Sequence record: SRR22947727_2503
Length of the DNA stretch: 64,000 nucleotides
Direction: 5' to 3' (one strand)
Under the pieces are notes generated by a model, which saw only the letters and a list, made by a program, of their open reading frames with translations, did no database searches and was not told the DNA's origin. How positions within the stretch are numbered: the stretch's first letter is position 1; every line of letters begins with the position of its first letter. Shown one piece after another: positions 9,880 to 19,024 of this stretch. Position numbers and translations under genes: made by a program.

Positions 9880-9954
9880 GACCCGTTCGTCTAATGGTTA
9901 GGACTCCAGATTTTCATTCTGGCAATAGGGGTTCGATCCCCCTACGGGTTGCCA
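9880..9954 (+). tRNA. tRNA-Glu(TTC)
   Basis: GACCCGT/ACGGGTT acceptor, CCAGA-TT-TTC-AT-TCTGG, encoded CCA. Confidence 0.95.
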
Positions 9955-9977
9955 ACTTTAAAAAATACTAATAAAAA

Positions 9978-10322
9978 ATGAGACTAAGTAAAGCATTATT
10001 TACACTTGTAGCTTTAGTAGGCTTAACAACAGTAGTATTAGGAGAAACTAAATATACTTCAATAATGACTGGAGTATCAGTTGGCGAAGGTAGAATTCAT
10101 GTCTGGGAGGTATTGACAAAAACATTTAAAGCGTCTCAAATCCGTATTAAAAAAGGAGAAGAGCATAAGCCTATTAGATGGGCTACAATTCCGAGCTATG
10201 TGATTGTAACGTTTACATCTAAAAATGATAAGATCACAAGATCACAAGTAGAGAAAGCAGTTAAAGCTCCTCCTGAATCTAAAGAGCGCTATCTAGTGTG
10301 GAGGTTAGAGAAAGTGAAGTAA
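9978..10322 (+). CDS. Hypothetical exported protein
   Basis: Signal-peptide-like N-terminus. Confidence 0.6.
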   Translation: MRLSKALFTLVALVGLTTVVLGETKYTSIMTGVSVGEGRIHVWEVLTKTFKASQIRIKKGEEHKPIRWATIPSYVIVTFTSKNDKITRSQVEKAVKAPPESKERYLVWRLEKVK

Positions 10323-10340
10323 AAAGAATTTATATTTAAT

Positions 10341-10416
10341 GCGCTTGTAGCTCAGTGGTTAGAGCAGGGGTCTCATAAACCCTTGGTCGTGAGTTCGAAT
10401 CTCACCGGGCGCACCA
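10341..10416 (+). tRNA. tRNA with CAT anticodon (elongator Met or Ile2)
   Basis: GCGCTTG/CGGGCGC acceptor, GGGGT-CT-CAT-AA-ACCCT, TTCGAAT loop, CCA; G1-C72 is paired so not an initiator. Confidence 0.93.
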
Positions 10417-10457
10417 CTTTTAATTAGATAAATTTAAATACAAAGATATAATCAATT

Positions 10458-11483
10458 ATGAAACCCGTCTCCCTTCACTGCTCTAAACAAATTGATAACC
10501 TTCTAGATGAGTCTATGACTATGGAGGCTAACGGCAAGGTGTTCGCCTCTCAAGATCATGCAAACCCAGCTTATGTTAGAAACCCTGACTTATGGTGTAG
10601 AGACTTAGACATCACATGCATGTCTCCTTGGAATAGTAGTGGTGGTCATAAGAAAGCGGGAACGCTAGTAACCCCAAGGCATATTATAGGTGCAGCACAC
10701 TACGAGTATTCTGTGGGGACAGTCGTTAGGTTTGTAGAGAAAAACGGTATAGTCCATGACCGCACTGTGATAGGGAAAGCTAGACATCCCGAATGTAGAA
10801 ACTACAGTCCAGACTTAACAATCTATACTTTAGACAGTGACCTTCCCTCTACGATAAAGCCCTGCTCTGTAATGCCTAGCAATTTCAATGACTATTTAGA
10901 TACCTTCAGCAGGATACCTTGCCTTGGTCTCGACCAAGAAGAGAAGGCTCTCATCATAGACTGGCGAGCTGGAGGTAGGATGCAGACACCTACAGATTCC
11001 AAAAGACTTATTTTCCATGAGAATAAAATCAGTGGCGACAGCGGGAACCCTGCATTTTTAGTTTTCAAAGGCAAGCCTGTACTTGTGACTGTCTGGACAT
11101 TTGGTGGTGCAGGAGGTGGGACTCCAATAGCAGATTATATTTCAGATATTAACTCTATGATTGTGACCGCTGACACACGGGCAAGTGTATCAACAAATTA
11201 CACAATTACTGAAGCGGATTTTTCAACGTACAGAGTCTTCGATGCTAAAAAACTTAAGGCTCGATTCTTCGCTGCACTTCGTAAGTTACGGCCTCGTTGG
11301 TTTAAGAAAAGTCCCGAAACCAGTGCAGAAACCAGTGCCGAGACGAGCGCGGAGTACAGTAGCTCTGAGCCACCTTGGGATACCAGTGCCGAGACTAGCG
11401 CCGAGACTAGTGCCGAGACTAGCGCCGAATACAGTAGCTCTGAGTCAAGCTCTGAGCCACCTTGGGATACTAGCGCCGAATAA
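10458..11483 (+). CDS. Trypsin-like serine protease with Ser/Thr/Glu repeat tail
   Basis: GTLVTPRHIIGAAH (His), PDL (Asp), ISGDSG (Ser) triad motifs. Confidence 0.8.
   Translation: MKPVSLHCSKQIDNLLDESMTMEANGKVFASQDHANPAYVRNPDLWCRDLDITCMSPWNSSGGHKKAGTLVTPRHIIGAAHYEYSVGTVVRFVEKNGIVHDRTVIGKARHPECRNYSPDLTIYTLDSDLPSTIKPCSVMPSNFNDYLDTFSRIPCLGLDQEEKALIIDWRAGGRMQTPTDSKRLIFHENKISGDSGNPAFLVFKGKPVLVTVWTFGGAGGGTPIADYISDINSMIVTADTRASVSTNYTITEADFSTYRVFDAKKLKARFFAALRKLRPRWFKKSPETSAETSAETSAEYSSSEPPWDTSAETSAETSAETSAEYSSSESSSEPPWDTSAE
11316..11480 (+). repeat. In-frame tandem repeats (ETSA)n and YSSSE/PPWDTSAE
   Basis: 12-bp units such as GAGACTAGCGCC repeated; TCTGAGCCACCTTGGGATAC occurs twice. Confidence 0.85.
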
Positions 11484-11540
11484 AGGTGATATAAAATAAT
11501 TTTAAATAATAAAAAGAGTAATACTTAATTTTTTAACTAC

Positions 11541-12155
11541 ATGGGAAATAAAACCAACACTAATGCAGTTAATACATTTGCGATAATTCTGTCCTGTGAG
11601 AAATATAAAGACAAAAAACTCTCCCAAGATACCACTAGGCTTGGGGATTATATGTATTTCATTGGGAATCCTGAATTATCTTCCCCTATAATTGAGGGCG
11701 ATGTTGTCTATTTACCTTGCCCAGACAATTATGAAAGTTTACCTATTAAAACTTTACTGGCTGTTAAGTGGGCTTTTAAAAATAAAGATTTTGACTTATT
11801 GATAAAAACAGACGATGACGTTCGCTTCTTGGAGGGTTTTGATAAAATCGTTTGTGAAGCTTCTATCCATGATTATTCTGGTTATTTGATGAAAGGTGGT
11901 TACATGTCTGATTGCCACTTCAAAAAATGCGATGATGCAGAATTAAACAATTTACCACTTAAGGTTCCAGAAGTAACTTATTGTAATGGCCCATTATATT
12001 TCTTGTCTAAAAAATCTGTTTCATTTTTAGTAGATTATGAGCTTAGAGATGATTACTGTATTTATGAAGATGCGGAGGTCGGAGAGTTATTGAGGAGATC
12101 TGGGATTATTGCGAGGCAAATTCAAACATATGCGGGAGTTTTTTACCCAAAATGA
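11541..12155 (+). CDS. Galactosyltransferase-like glycosyltransferase (GT31-like)
   Basis: DNYESLPIKT, IKTDDD, YCNGPLYFLS, YEDAEVG. Confidence 0.8.
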   Translation: MGNKTNTNAVNTFAIILSCEKYKDKKLSQDTTRLGDYMYFIGNPELSSPIIEGDVVYLPCPDNYESLPIKTLLAVKWAFKNKDFDLLIKTDDDVRFLEGFDKIVCEASIHDYSGYLMKGGYMSDCHFKKCDDAELNNLPLKVPEVTYCNGPLYFLSKKSVSFLVDYELRDDYCIYEDAEVGELLRRSGIIARQIQTYAGVFYPK

Positions 12156-12235
12156 TTTTTGGAGCAGATAAAGCTAGAGTAACTAAAAGAGTTTTGAAAT
12201 AATCCATAAAGTATAGTAATATAAATTTAGATACA

Positions 12236-12868
12236 ATGAAATTTAAAGGTAAAAGCAACATTATTAAAGAGGTCCAAGCCAAACTTGGTCTTAAAGCTGA
12301 CGGGATTGATGGCCCCGCTACATGGAAAATGATTTGGGAGAATCTAGTTCATGAGGACAAAGGAGAGCCAGAAAAGCCAGAGCCGCCAGTTCAAAAACTT
12401 AAAGATGATTACCCTGAAGTTTACAAAGCGTCCCCAAACCAGTCTGGGCCGATTAAACCTAAGTATGTGATTCTGCATCATAGCAGTGGAAGTCATGATG
12501 GGACTCGTTCATGGATTTTAAATGCCGCATCCAAGGTTAGTTACCACTATCTTATTGCTGCTGATGGGTCTCGTACACAATTTGTCTATGATAAAAAGAG
12601 AGCTTGGCACGCTGGGAGATCTTCTTGGAAAGGTGTAAGCGGTCTAAATGGTCATAGCGTTGGTATTTCTTTTTATGGAGACACTAACAAACGTACGCCA
12701 AGTGCTGCTGAAATTGATTCCGCTGCCAAGAAATGCAAATACCTTATGGATAAATTTGATTTTGGTATCGACAATATTCTAACACATGAAATGATTGCCC
12801 CCAACAGAAAGAATGATACTTCTGCCGCTACCTACCAAATGGTTATTGATCGCATAAAAGAGCTTTAA
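12236..12868 (+). CDS. N-acetylmuramoyl-L-alanine amidase (Amidase_2) with N-terminal peptidoglycan-binding motif; endolysin
   Basis: VQ..LGL.ADGIDGP.TW; ILHHS, SYHYLI, RAWHAG, SVGI, THEMIAP.RK.D. Confidence 0.9.
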   Translation: MKFKGKSNIIKEVQAKLGLKADGIDGPATWKMIWENLVHEDKGEPEKPEPPVQKLKDDYPEVYKASPNQSGPIKPKYVILHHSSGSHDGTRSWILNAASKVSYHYLIAADGSRTQFVYDKKRAWHAGRSSWKGVSGLNGHSVGISFYGDTNKRTPSAAEIDSAAKKCKYLMDKFDFGIDNILTHEMIAPNRKNDTSAATYQMVIDRIKEL

Positions 12869-12869
12869 C

Positions 12870-13082
12870 ATGAAAAAACTAATTAAATTACTGTTCGGTT
12901 TGTTTCGGCATAAACCAGACACTCAAGAAGTGTTTGATGTGGACCCCAAAATGTCAAAGAAAATGAAAGAGATATTCGGAACAGACCACAAGTTTGCTGA
13001 ATTAGCTGTATACGATGAAGACAGCAGGAAAAAGGTGGAGAGGTTGCTGGAAACTATTGAAGAAGACCCAGATCGACTGTGA
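12870..13082 (+). CDS. Hypothetical protein
   Basis: 70-aa ORF coupled to the amidase stop. Confidence 0.55.
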   Translation: MKKLIKLLFGLFRHKPDTQEVFDVDPKMSKKMKEIFGTDHKFAELAVYDEDSRKKVERLLETIEEDPDRL

Positions 13083-13158
13083 TATTTCCAAATATGGGAT
13101 GTTATTTTTAATCGAAACAAAATTTTTAAACTTTCAGTAAAATAATAAATTAATTTTT

Positions 13159-13707
13159 GTGATTCCTAAAAAACTAAAATATTTTCCTTGGATGTCGAGG
13201 GAAGCAATAAAAAAATCTAAAGCTTTAGGTTCCATCAAGAATTCAATCACATCTGGAGGTGGGAATTTAGCTGGTTACCTTGGCGAAATAGCTCTAGCCA
13301 GACACCTAAAAGCAGATAATGTTTCTTGCGATGAGGGCAACGAGAAATACAATTATGATTTATTAAAGAGCGGAAAAAAAATTGAGGTTAAAACCAAGAG
13401 GAGAACGAGAGACGTTGAAGGTCATTACGAAGTCTCTATCGCTGCAACCAGCAAGCATCAAAAAACAGATGTTTATGCTTTTATTTCGATCACCTTTGAC
13501 AAGAAAGAGGGGAAAGGTAGAAACACTACTTATCACAAAGTTAAATCAATTTGGTTATGTGGTTACATGACTCAAGACGAATACTTCAAGAAAGCTAAGT
13601 ATATGCGTAAGGGGCAGATAGATATATCAAATGGTTTTAGAGTCCATGCAAACATGTATAACATGCCTATAAGTGAATTAAAAAGTGATATTAATTATGA
13701 TGTATAA
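13159..13707 (+). CDS. Hypothetical protein, possible PD-(D/E)xK nuclease
   Basis: GxLGE...YD...IEVKTK pattern. Confidence 0.5.
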   Translation: MIPKKLKYFPWMSREAIKKSKALGSIKNSITSGGGNLAGYLGEIALARHLKADNVSCDEGNEKYNYDLLKSGKKIEVKTKRRTRDVEGHYEVSIAATSKHQKTDVYAFISITFDKKEGKGRNTTYHKVKSIWLCGYMTQDEYFKKAKYMRKGQIDISNGFRVHANMYNMPISELKSDINYDV

Positions 13708-13957
13708 AATACAAGAACTTATTATTCTTTTGGGGGCTATTGTAATCGGCGTTCCACTGGGGCTAATCGTCGGATTAGTTTGTTGGTTTAAGTTTCCATT
13801 TCAAGTGTATTGGGAGGCTCGATCTAAGTTGGCTCAGAGCAGAATCGAGAAGGCAGAACAGCTAATAAAACAATATGAAAACGAAAATTCTTCTGATGCC
13901 ATGTGGGACAGACATATAGAAAGAATAAAATCTCAAGAAAATAATTATGACAACTGA
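13697..13957 (+). CDS. Membrane-anchored hypothetical protein
   Basis: Single long hydrophobic segment. Confidence 0.55.
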   Translation: MMYKIQELIILLGAIVIGVPLGLIVGLVCWFKFPFQVYWEARSKLAQSRIEKAEQLIKQYENENSSDAMWDRHIERIKSQENNYDN

Positions 13958-14270
13958 AGATCTATTGAAACTGCATAAAGATACCTGCGATACTTGCAGG
14001 GAGATTATGAAGCAAAAAAATAACGATTATACTGGAGGGAAAACTTCGAAAGATCCCTTCGCTAATTTTAACGCTGCATCTGTCCTTGGGATTGATCCAG
14101 TGCAAGGCTTACTGCTTAGAGTCATTGATAAGATTCAAAGGATTAGGTCTTTCACAAATGATAAGGAGTTGAAGGTCTCAAATGAGAGTGTCGAAGATGC
14201 TTGCGATGATATTGTTAATTATGCAATTTTAGCAAAGGCAATGCTTATGGAGCAGCGGGAATCATTTTAA
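13947..14270 (+). CDS. DUF1599 / nucleotide-modification-associated domain protein
   Basis: KNNDY...DPFANF...RVIDKIQRI...ESVED...DIVNYAIL. Confidence 0.75.
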   Translation: MTTEDLLKLHKDTCDTCREIMKQKNNDYTGGKTSKDPFANFNAASVLGIDPVQGLLLRVIDKIQRIRSFTNDKELKVSNESVEDACDDIVNYAILAKAMLMEQRESF

Positions 14271-14326
14271 ATTAAATTTAAAAAAGCCTTGCATTGGGGT
14301 GTTCGATAAACCATAATGGCCTCGTT

Positions 14327-14509
14327 ATGGAATTCGAACATCCCATTTTTGTTAGCCCGGAAGAGTATGAAGAGTATCACCAGATCATGAATGAACTGGC
14401 AGAGGAAGCAGAGAGAAACACTCTACATCCCCAACCTAAAGATCTTGGTCTGGAAAATAATTCATTTTTTAATCAAAAAAATATTGACTCACCCAGAGTC
14501 CGAGCTTAA
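14327..14509 (+). CDS. Hypothetical protein
   Basis: TTGCAT-N17-CATAAT then 9 nt to ATG at 14327. Confidence 0.5.
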   Translation: MEFEHPIFVSPEEYEEYHQIMNELAEEAERNTLHPQPKDLGLENNSFFNQKNIDSPRVRA

Positions 14510-14522
14510 TCTACATCCAGTT

Positions 14523-14759
14523 ATGAGTAATACAACAAAACGAGGTCGTGGTCGCCCCAAGGGTTCAACCAGTTTCATCAGCATCAAACTTGCTAATCTT
14601 ATCAACAATCTTGGTCCCAACGCCAACGTGTCAGTCAGTAAAAAGTGGCTTGATTCGGTTGGCATCGAGATTCAAGAGGCATCTGCTCCATCTATGGTTG
14701 TTTCTTCGACCACTGATGAGCTTGAAGCTACAGAGACTATCCAATTCCAAATCCACTAA
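14523..14759 (+). CDS. Small AT-hook DNA-binding protein
   Basis: KRGRGRPKGS at the N-terminus; TTGACT promoter upstream. Confidence 0.65.
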   Translation: MSNTTKRGRGRPKGSTSFISIKLANLINNLGPNANVSVSKKWLDSVGIEIQEASAPSMVVSSTTDELEATETIQFQIH

Positions 14760-14762
14760 GCT

Positions 14763-15665
14763 ATGTTTGAAAGACTTGTAGGTCAGAGTGAAGTCAAGGG
14801 TCGCCTTGATTTCTATGCTAAAGCTCACAAAGCTGGCTCTATCATTCCACCCATCATGCTCAACGGAGCTAAAGGTTTGGGTAAGACTGAGTTCGCTAAG
14901 GAGTTCGCCAAGGGAATCAAAAGAAAACTTCTTGAGATTAACTGCGGGACAATCCGCAATGCTCAACAGTTTTTTGAACAGGTCTTCATGCCAGCTATCG
15001 CTGGAGAGGAGATCACTGTCCTTTTGGATGAGTGTCACGCTCTCCCTAAAGATTTGGTTGAGGTATTCTTGACGGTGTTCAACACTGAGGGGAGTAAGAG
15101 CAAGCAAGTTTCCATTGGAGAAGGTTTCGCCACATTCGACTTTGAAAAGCAGAATTTCTTGTTTGCTACTACAGAACTCCACAAAATCTTCGATCCATTG
15201 AAGGATCGTATGACTATTGTAGATTTCAAGCCTTATGTTTCTAAGGAGCTTGCTCACATCATTCAGAAGAAAATTGATTGGGTTCAGTTCGATAAGGTTG
15301 TCCTTGATCAGATTGCTGACACCGTTCGTGGTAACGCCCGTAGCGCAATCAAAAGAGCTTTGGAGATCAAAGCATTCTGCGAGATCAACAACAATCCAAA
15401 CGTGGATGCAAAAGCTTGGCTTAAAATAAAACAAATCTTGGGGATCAAACCACAGGGTTTAACTAACCTTGAGGTCCAGATCCTTGACATTCTCAAATCC
15501 AACGGCCCTAGCTCTCTCCAGATGCTATCGGCTGTTACTGGGATGTCCCGCTCTGCCATCCAGCTTGAGGCAGAGAACAACCTCCTTCGAAGTGGATTCA
15601 TGGAGATCGATGGTAAGCGTAAGATCACAGTCAAGGGAACAAACATATTGAAGGAGTTAGCATGA
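14763..15665 (+). CDS. ruvB: RuvB-like AAA+ ATPase (Holliday junction branch migration)
   Basis: LVGQ, Walker A GAKGLGKT, LLDECH, ATTE...PLKDR, RGNARSA, C-terminal winged helix with ENNLLRSGFME. Confidence 0.8.
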   Translation: MFERLVGQSEVKGRLDFYAKAHKAGSIIPPIMLNGAKGLGKTEFAKEFAKGIKRKLLEINCGTIRNAQQFFEQVFMPAIAGEEITVLLDECHALPKDLVEVFLTVFNTEGSKSKQVSIGEGFATFDFEKQNFLFATTELHKIFDPLKDRMTIVDFKPYVSKELAHIIQKKIDWVQFDKVVLDQIADTVRGNARSAIKRALEIKAFCEINNNPNVDAKAWLKIKQILGIKPQGLTNLEVQILDILKSNGPSSLQMLSAVTGMSRSAIQLEAENNLLRSGFMEIDGKRKITVKGTNILKELA

Positions 15666-16033
15666 GGTATGTAGTATCACAATGGGGAACAGGTCTGTCA
15701 ATTGGAATGATTGGCAAGCCAGAGGAGGTGGAAGAAGATAAGAACTTGGCTCATAATATATTTGGGGCTAGATCATATGATGATGTGTTTAATGGGCGCA
15801 TCAATTTCAGTAGTATTTTTTATTTTTATAAATTCCTACTCTACAAACATGCCCTCCCATACATGTTCCAACATGGCGGCTCCCTTCGATCAGCGATCAA
15901 AGCCACCAAGCACAAGGTCAAGGGATACACCATAATCAAAGATAACTTCATGTTCCAGATAAGTAGATTGCCCGTGGCTTACAATGTAGGATTATATAAC
16001 GATGGGGACTTTGGGTATGATTATGAAGATTAA
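15662..16033 (+). CDS. Hypothetical protein
   Basis: 123-aa ORF overlapping the ruvB stop (ATGA-type coupling). Confidence 0.5.
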   Translation: MRYVVSQWGTGLSIGMIGKPEEVEEDKNLAHNIFGARSYDDVFNGRINFSSIFYFYKFLLYKHALPYMFQHGGSLRSAIKATKHKVKGYTIIKDNFMFQISRLPVAYNVGLYNDGDFGYDYED

Positions 16034-16688
16034 AATAAACAGAAGACCAGTAGTTTACCAAGGAGTTACTTATCCTAATTATGAAATGGATTTTTATACC
16101 TCAAATGTTTACAGTAAGTGCTTTAAAGATAAGGACAGAGCTTTGAAACCTATAAGAAAGAGAGGTGGTTATCCTAGTTTCAACTTTCGACATATGGAAA
16201 AAAGTTATACTGCCCGACAACATAAACTATTAGCAGAAACATTTCCTGATCTTTTGTCGAAATCTCCTCTAGTGTCTCATTATGGCTTACAAATAGGTAA
16301 GGATCAGCACGAATTAAAAACCCCAATGGGTTTTACTTTTATTTGCAATATGGTATGCCCTGATCATATTGATAATAATAAAGCCAACAATAGCTATAAG
16401 AATTTAATGATTACTACTCAATCTGAGAACAACCTTAAATGTGACCCTTTCGAGGGTAGAAAATACAAAGGTATAAATAAAACGCCTTATGGTAAATATA
16501 GAGTTTTAATTACATGGCGAAACATACTATATGAAAATGGTAAACCTTTTCATAACTCTAAAAGTTTTGAAACAGAAGAAGAAGCGGCATTAGCATACAA
16601 CACAATGTTAAAAGAATCTCTACTTACTGTTTGGGGGTCAGATTTGGGGCCAAAGATGTATGATCTTGCTTACAAGAATACAATTTAG
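16023..16688 (+). CDS. HNH endonuclease with AP2-like C-terminal domain
   Basis: HKLLAETF, DHIDNNKANN..KNL..SEN, YKGI...FETEEEAALAYN. Confidence 0.8.
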   Translation: MKIKINRRPVVYQGVTYPNYEMDFYTSNVYSKCFKDKDRALKPIRKRGGYPSFNFRHMEKSYTARQHKLLAETFPDLLSKSPLVSHYGLQIGKDQHELKTPMGFTFICNMVCPDHIDNNKANNSYKNLMITTQSENNLKCDPFEGRKYKGINKTPYGKYRVLITWRNILYENGKPFHNSKSFETEEEAALAYNTMLKESLLTVWGSDLGPKMYDLAYKNTI

Positions 16689-17199
16689 GATAAAGAAACT
16701 TAATTGGGATATATAATATTGCTCATTTGTAATTACAAAATTCTTTTGTTTGTTGCATATTGTAGTGTCGGACACTAAAACCACAACATGTAGTATGGTT
16801 TTACGTCCATATACCTACTGCACCAACCCCCTCCCATCGTCGCCTATCCCCCATACCTACAACATAAACTACATAATACACTAAGTAAATATATAAGGGA
16901 GAATAAGAGGGGAAAGACTGGGGGAATGAGTGTTCAAATACTGGATGTGGATTGCCCTATTTAATTAAATAAAAATAATAAAAATTCCACACACAATAGT
17001 TTTCCTTGATTTTAAAGGATTTACGGCCCTTTTGTTTGACGTAGCTGCCACAGTGAGGTTGGTCTTTTTACTTGGCTTCGGTAAACCCAAACAAAAAAAA
17101 TTATAAAAAAAGTCAATTTCTGCACGGGGGTAAATACAAAAAGTTTTTAAAACTTTTACCTCACTGCACCAGCCACGTTAAAAAATAATAAAAAAAGTG

Positions 17200-17400
17200 C
17201 AGGTCGGGTGACATTTCGCAAATAATAGGTAGGCCCAGATCGAATGAGATCGCCCAAATAATGCAGCGCCCCAAATAAACAAAAACAAAATCAAATAATG
17301 CCCAGATCTAATCAAACGGCGTAAATAATGTGATTGCCCAGATCGCACAAAACAAACTAAATAAACCCAGATCAAATAACAAGCCCCAAATAATGTGGTT
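17200..17400. repeat. Cluster of short direct repeats (CCCAGATC x4; AAATAA many) in non-coding DNA
   Basis: CCCAGATC at 17234, 17301, 17337, 17366, interleaved with (CCC)AAATAA. Confidence 0.7.
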
Positions 17401-17447
17401 AGCGGGGGCGACCACGTTCGACATCCGATTAAGTATCCAATTATATC

Positions 17448-17526
17448 TGTAAGTCATTGAGTAGTAGGGAGTTATGGCGCTCCGCGCCCCCGTCCTCCGT
17501 AACTCGCTGTCGGTCAACGAGTTGCG
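17448..17526. repeat. 79-bp double-palindrome element, copy 1 (C-rich core)
   Basis: TGTAAGTC-N13-GAGTTATG-N21-CGTAACTC-N13-GAGTTGCG. Confidence 0.85.
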
Positions 17527-17535
17527 GGGGTTTTA

Positions 17536-17868
17536 TTATAGATTGCTGTATTTTTCCATCAACTCAGGCTGAACATGCTTATTCCAGATGCTGTGCATAA
17601 GGTCGAACCAACTACCTCCACGTTCAGCTTCGCCTACAGAAGAAGGAAAGTGAGTTCTAAACTCTTCCATCATAGTATCGAGTAAAGATTCAAACCGAAC
17701 CTGCTCAGGGGTAGCCTCCTCTTTCAACCCATCGACGAACTTTACAGCTTCATCAACCGTTATTAGCTCGCTCCCGTCGCCATTGTAAATGTTCTTTAGG
17801 TCATTGGTATCCATGTAGGATCGGAGTAGAGTATCTAGGAGTTGCTTTGTGCTTACTTGTTTTTTCAT
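17536..17868 (-). CDS. Hypothetical protein
   Basis: Start MKKQVST inferred from the TTGACG..TATGTT promoter. Confidence 0.65.
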   Translation of the reverse strand: MKKQVSTKQLLDTLLRSYMDTNDLKNIYNGDGSELITVDEAVKFVDGLKEEATPEQVRFESLLDTMMEEFRTHFPSSVGEAERGGSWFDLMHSIWNKHVQPELMEKYSNL

Positions 17869-17931
17869 GTCTGAGAGAAACATACCATGAGGCTGAAGCA
17901 TCGTCAAATTTAAATTAATTAAAAATTCCGC

Positions 17932-18010
17932 CGTAAGTCACTGATTAGTAAGGAGTTACGACGAACGGCCCCGCCGCCGCCCGTAACTCGCTGTCAATCA
18001 ACGAGTTACG
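17932..18010. repeat. 79-bp double-palindrome element, copy 2 (C-rich core)
   Basis: CGTAAGTC-N13-GAGTTACG-N21-CGTAACTC-N13-GAGTTACG. Confidence 0.95.
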
Positions 18011-18018
18011 AGGGTTTT

Positions 18019-18201
18019 TTATTTGGCAGATTTCATTTCTTCTTTTCGATTTTTTTTATCCCCGAACCAGCCAAGGTCGGGAGTTTCCATGTTCCTACGC
18101 TTCCAAAAATTTTTGTAGGCTTTGTCGAATTCATCTCTAAACCCTCTATTTAAAACGGCGAACTTGTTCGCCTCTGAAAAGTCTGGTTTTATTGGTTCCA
18201 T
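18019..18201 (-). CDS. Hypothetical protein
   Basis: 60-aa ORF ending 8 bp from repeat copy 2. Confidence 0.55.
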   Translation of the reverse strand: MEPIKPDFSEANKFAVLNRGFRDEFDKAYKNFWKRRNMETPDLGWFGDKKNRKEEMKSAK

Positions 18202-18297
18202 GTTTTTATTCTTCTCTCTTTCTAATTAAAAGCATCAGTCCAGCCAAGATCGTAACCCAAAAACCCACACCTAGCCTTGCTAGTGATTCTATCAAAC

Positions 18298-19002
18298 TCA
18301 TTTTGGCTCAACAACAAAACCTGTTTCATCTTTCTTTGCAAGACCTTTCTCAACCAATCCAACGATCACGCCCTTTTCATCTTTGAAGCGGAGATCATTC
18401 TCATCACCATCGACGACGGGAAAGCCGAGATAGGTTTTGGGGAGTGAACCACGGAAGACAACCGCAACGTTCCCGCCTAGCGAAAGAATCTTTTTTATTC
18501 TGTCGTCGCTAGTCTCTTCACTGCGGGAAAAGGTGAGGTGATAGTTGTCAGGCATTTTACCATTTAGCCAAGCGATCATCCGAGTAAAGCCTTTGGTATA
18601 ATCATAAAAATTTACCTCTGGAAACTCTTCGATCACACTTGTCTTGCTCCCCTTCTTAATGTTCTCCCAAGGAATATCACTTGTAAGATTGAGACGGAAA
18701 CAAGGGGTGAGGCTTTTCCTTGCCGCACTTTTGATAGCCTTGCCGATTTCAATTCGAAGATCCGACATAAAACCGAAGTTATCTTTAAAGAACCTTTGAG
18801 TTTTAGCGATTCTAGAATTTTGCACGTTGGACATACAACCGCGCCCCGCTGTATCTAAACAAGCTGCACGGCATCCCGCGCTTGCCCATTGGCAGACGTT
18901 GAATCCTGATTTAGTAGCAGGGGAAAGATGGAGTCCGAACGTGCGGAATCCAACCTTTTCACCCTTTAGAGTTTTGGCGTTGCCTGAATTAAGTAATTTC
19001 AT
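18298..19002 (-). CDS. Phage Gp88-like protein (Cys cluster, radical-SAM-like)
   Basis: NAKTLK, CQWASAGCRAACL, RLNLTSDIPWE, FYDYTK, YHLTFS, DGDENDLRF. Confidence 0.75.
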   Translation of the reverse strand: MKLLNSGNAKTLKGEKVGFRTFGLHLSPATKSGFNVCQWASAGCRAACLDTAGRGCMSNVQNSRIAKTQRFFKDNFGFMSDLRIEIGKAIKSAARKSLTPCFRLNLTSDIPWENIKKGSKTSVIEEFPEVNFYDYTKGFTRMIAWLNGKMPDNYHLTFSRSEETSDDRIKKILSLGGNVAVVFRGSLPKTYLGFPVVDGDENDLRFKDEKGVIVGLVEKGLAKKDETGFVVEPK

Positions 19003-19024
19003 CGTGTTTTTTTGTATTAAAAAC

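Noticed and set aside
14631-15434. Long antisense ORFs (267 aa opposite ruvB; also 21256-21828, 38242-38802, 38888-39397, 39479-40009)
   Set aside because: These are shadows of codon-biased genes on the other strand, with no motifs or promoters.
16023-16688. HNH gene as part of a group I intron
   Set aside because: It does not interrupt a recognisable gene; treated as a free-standing endonuclease.
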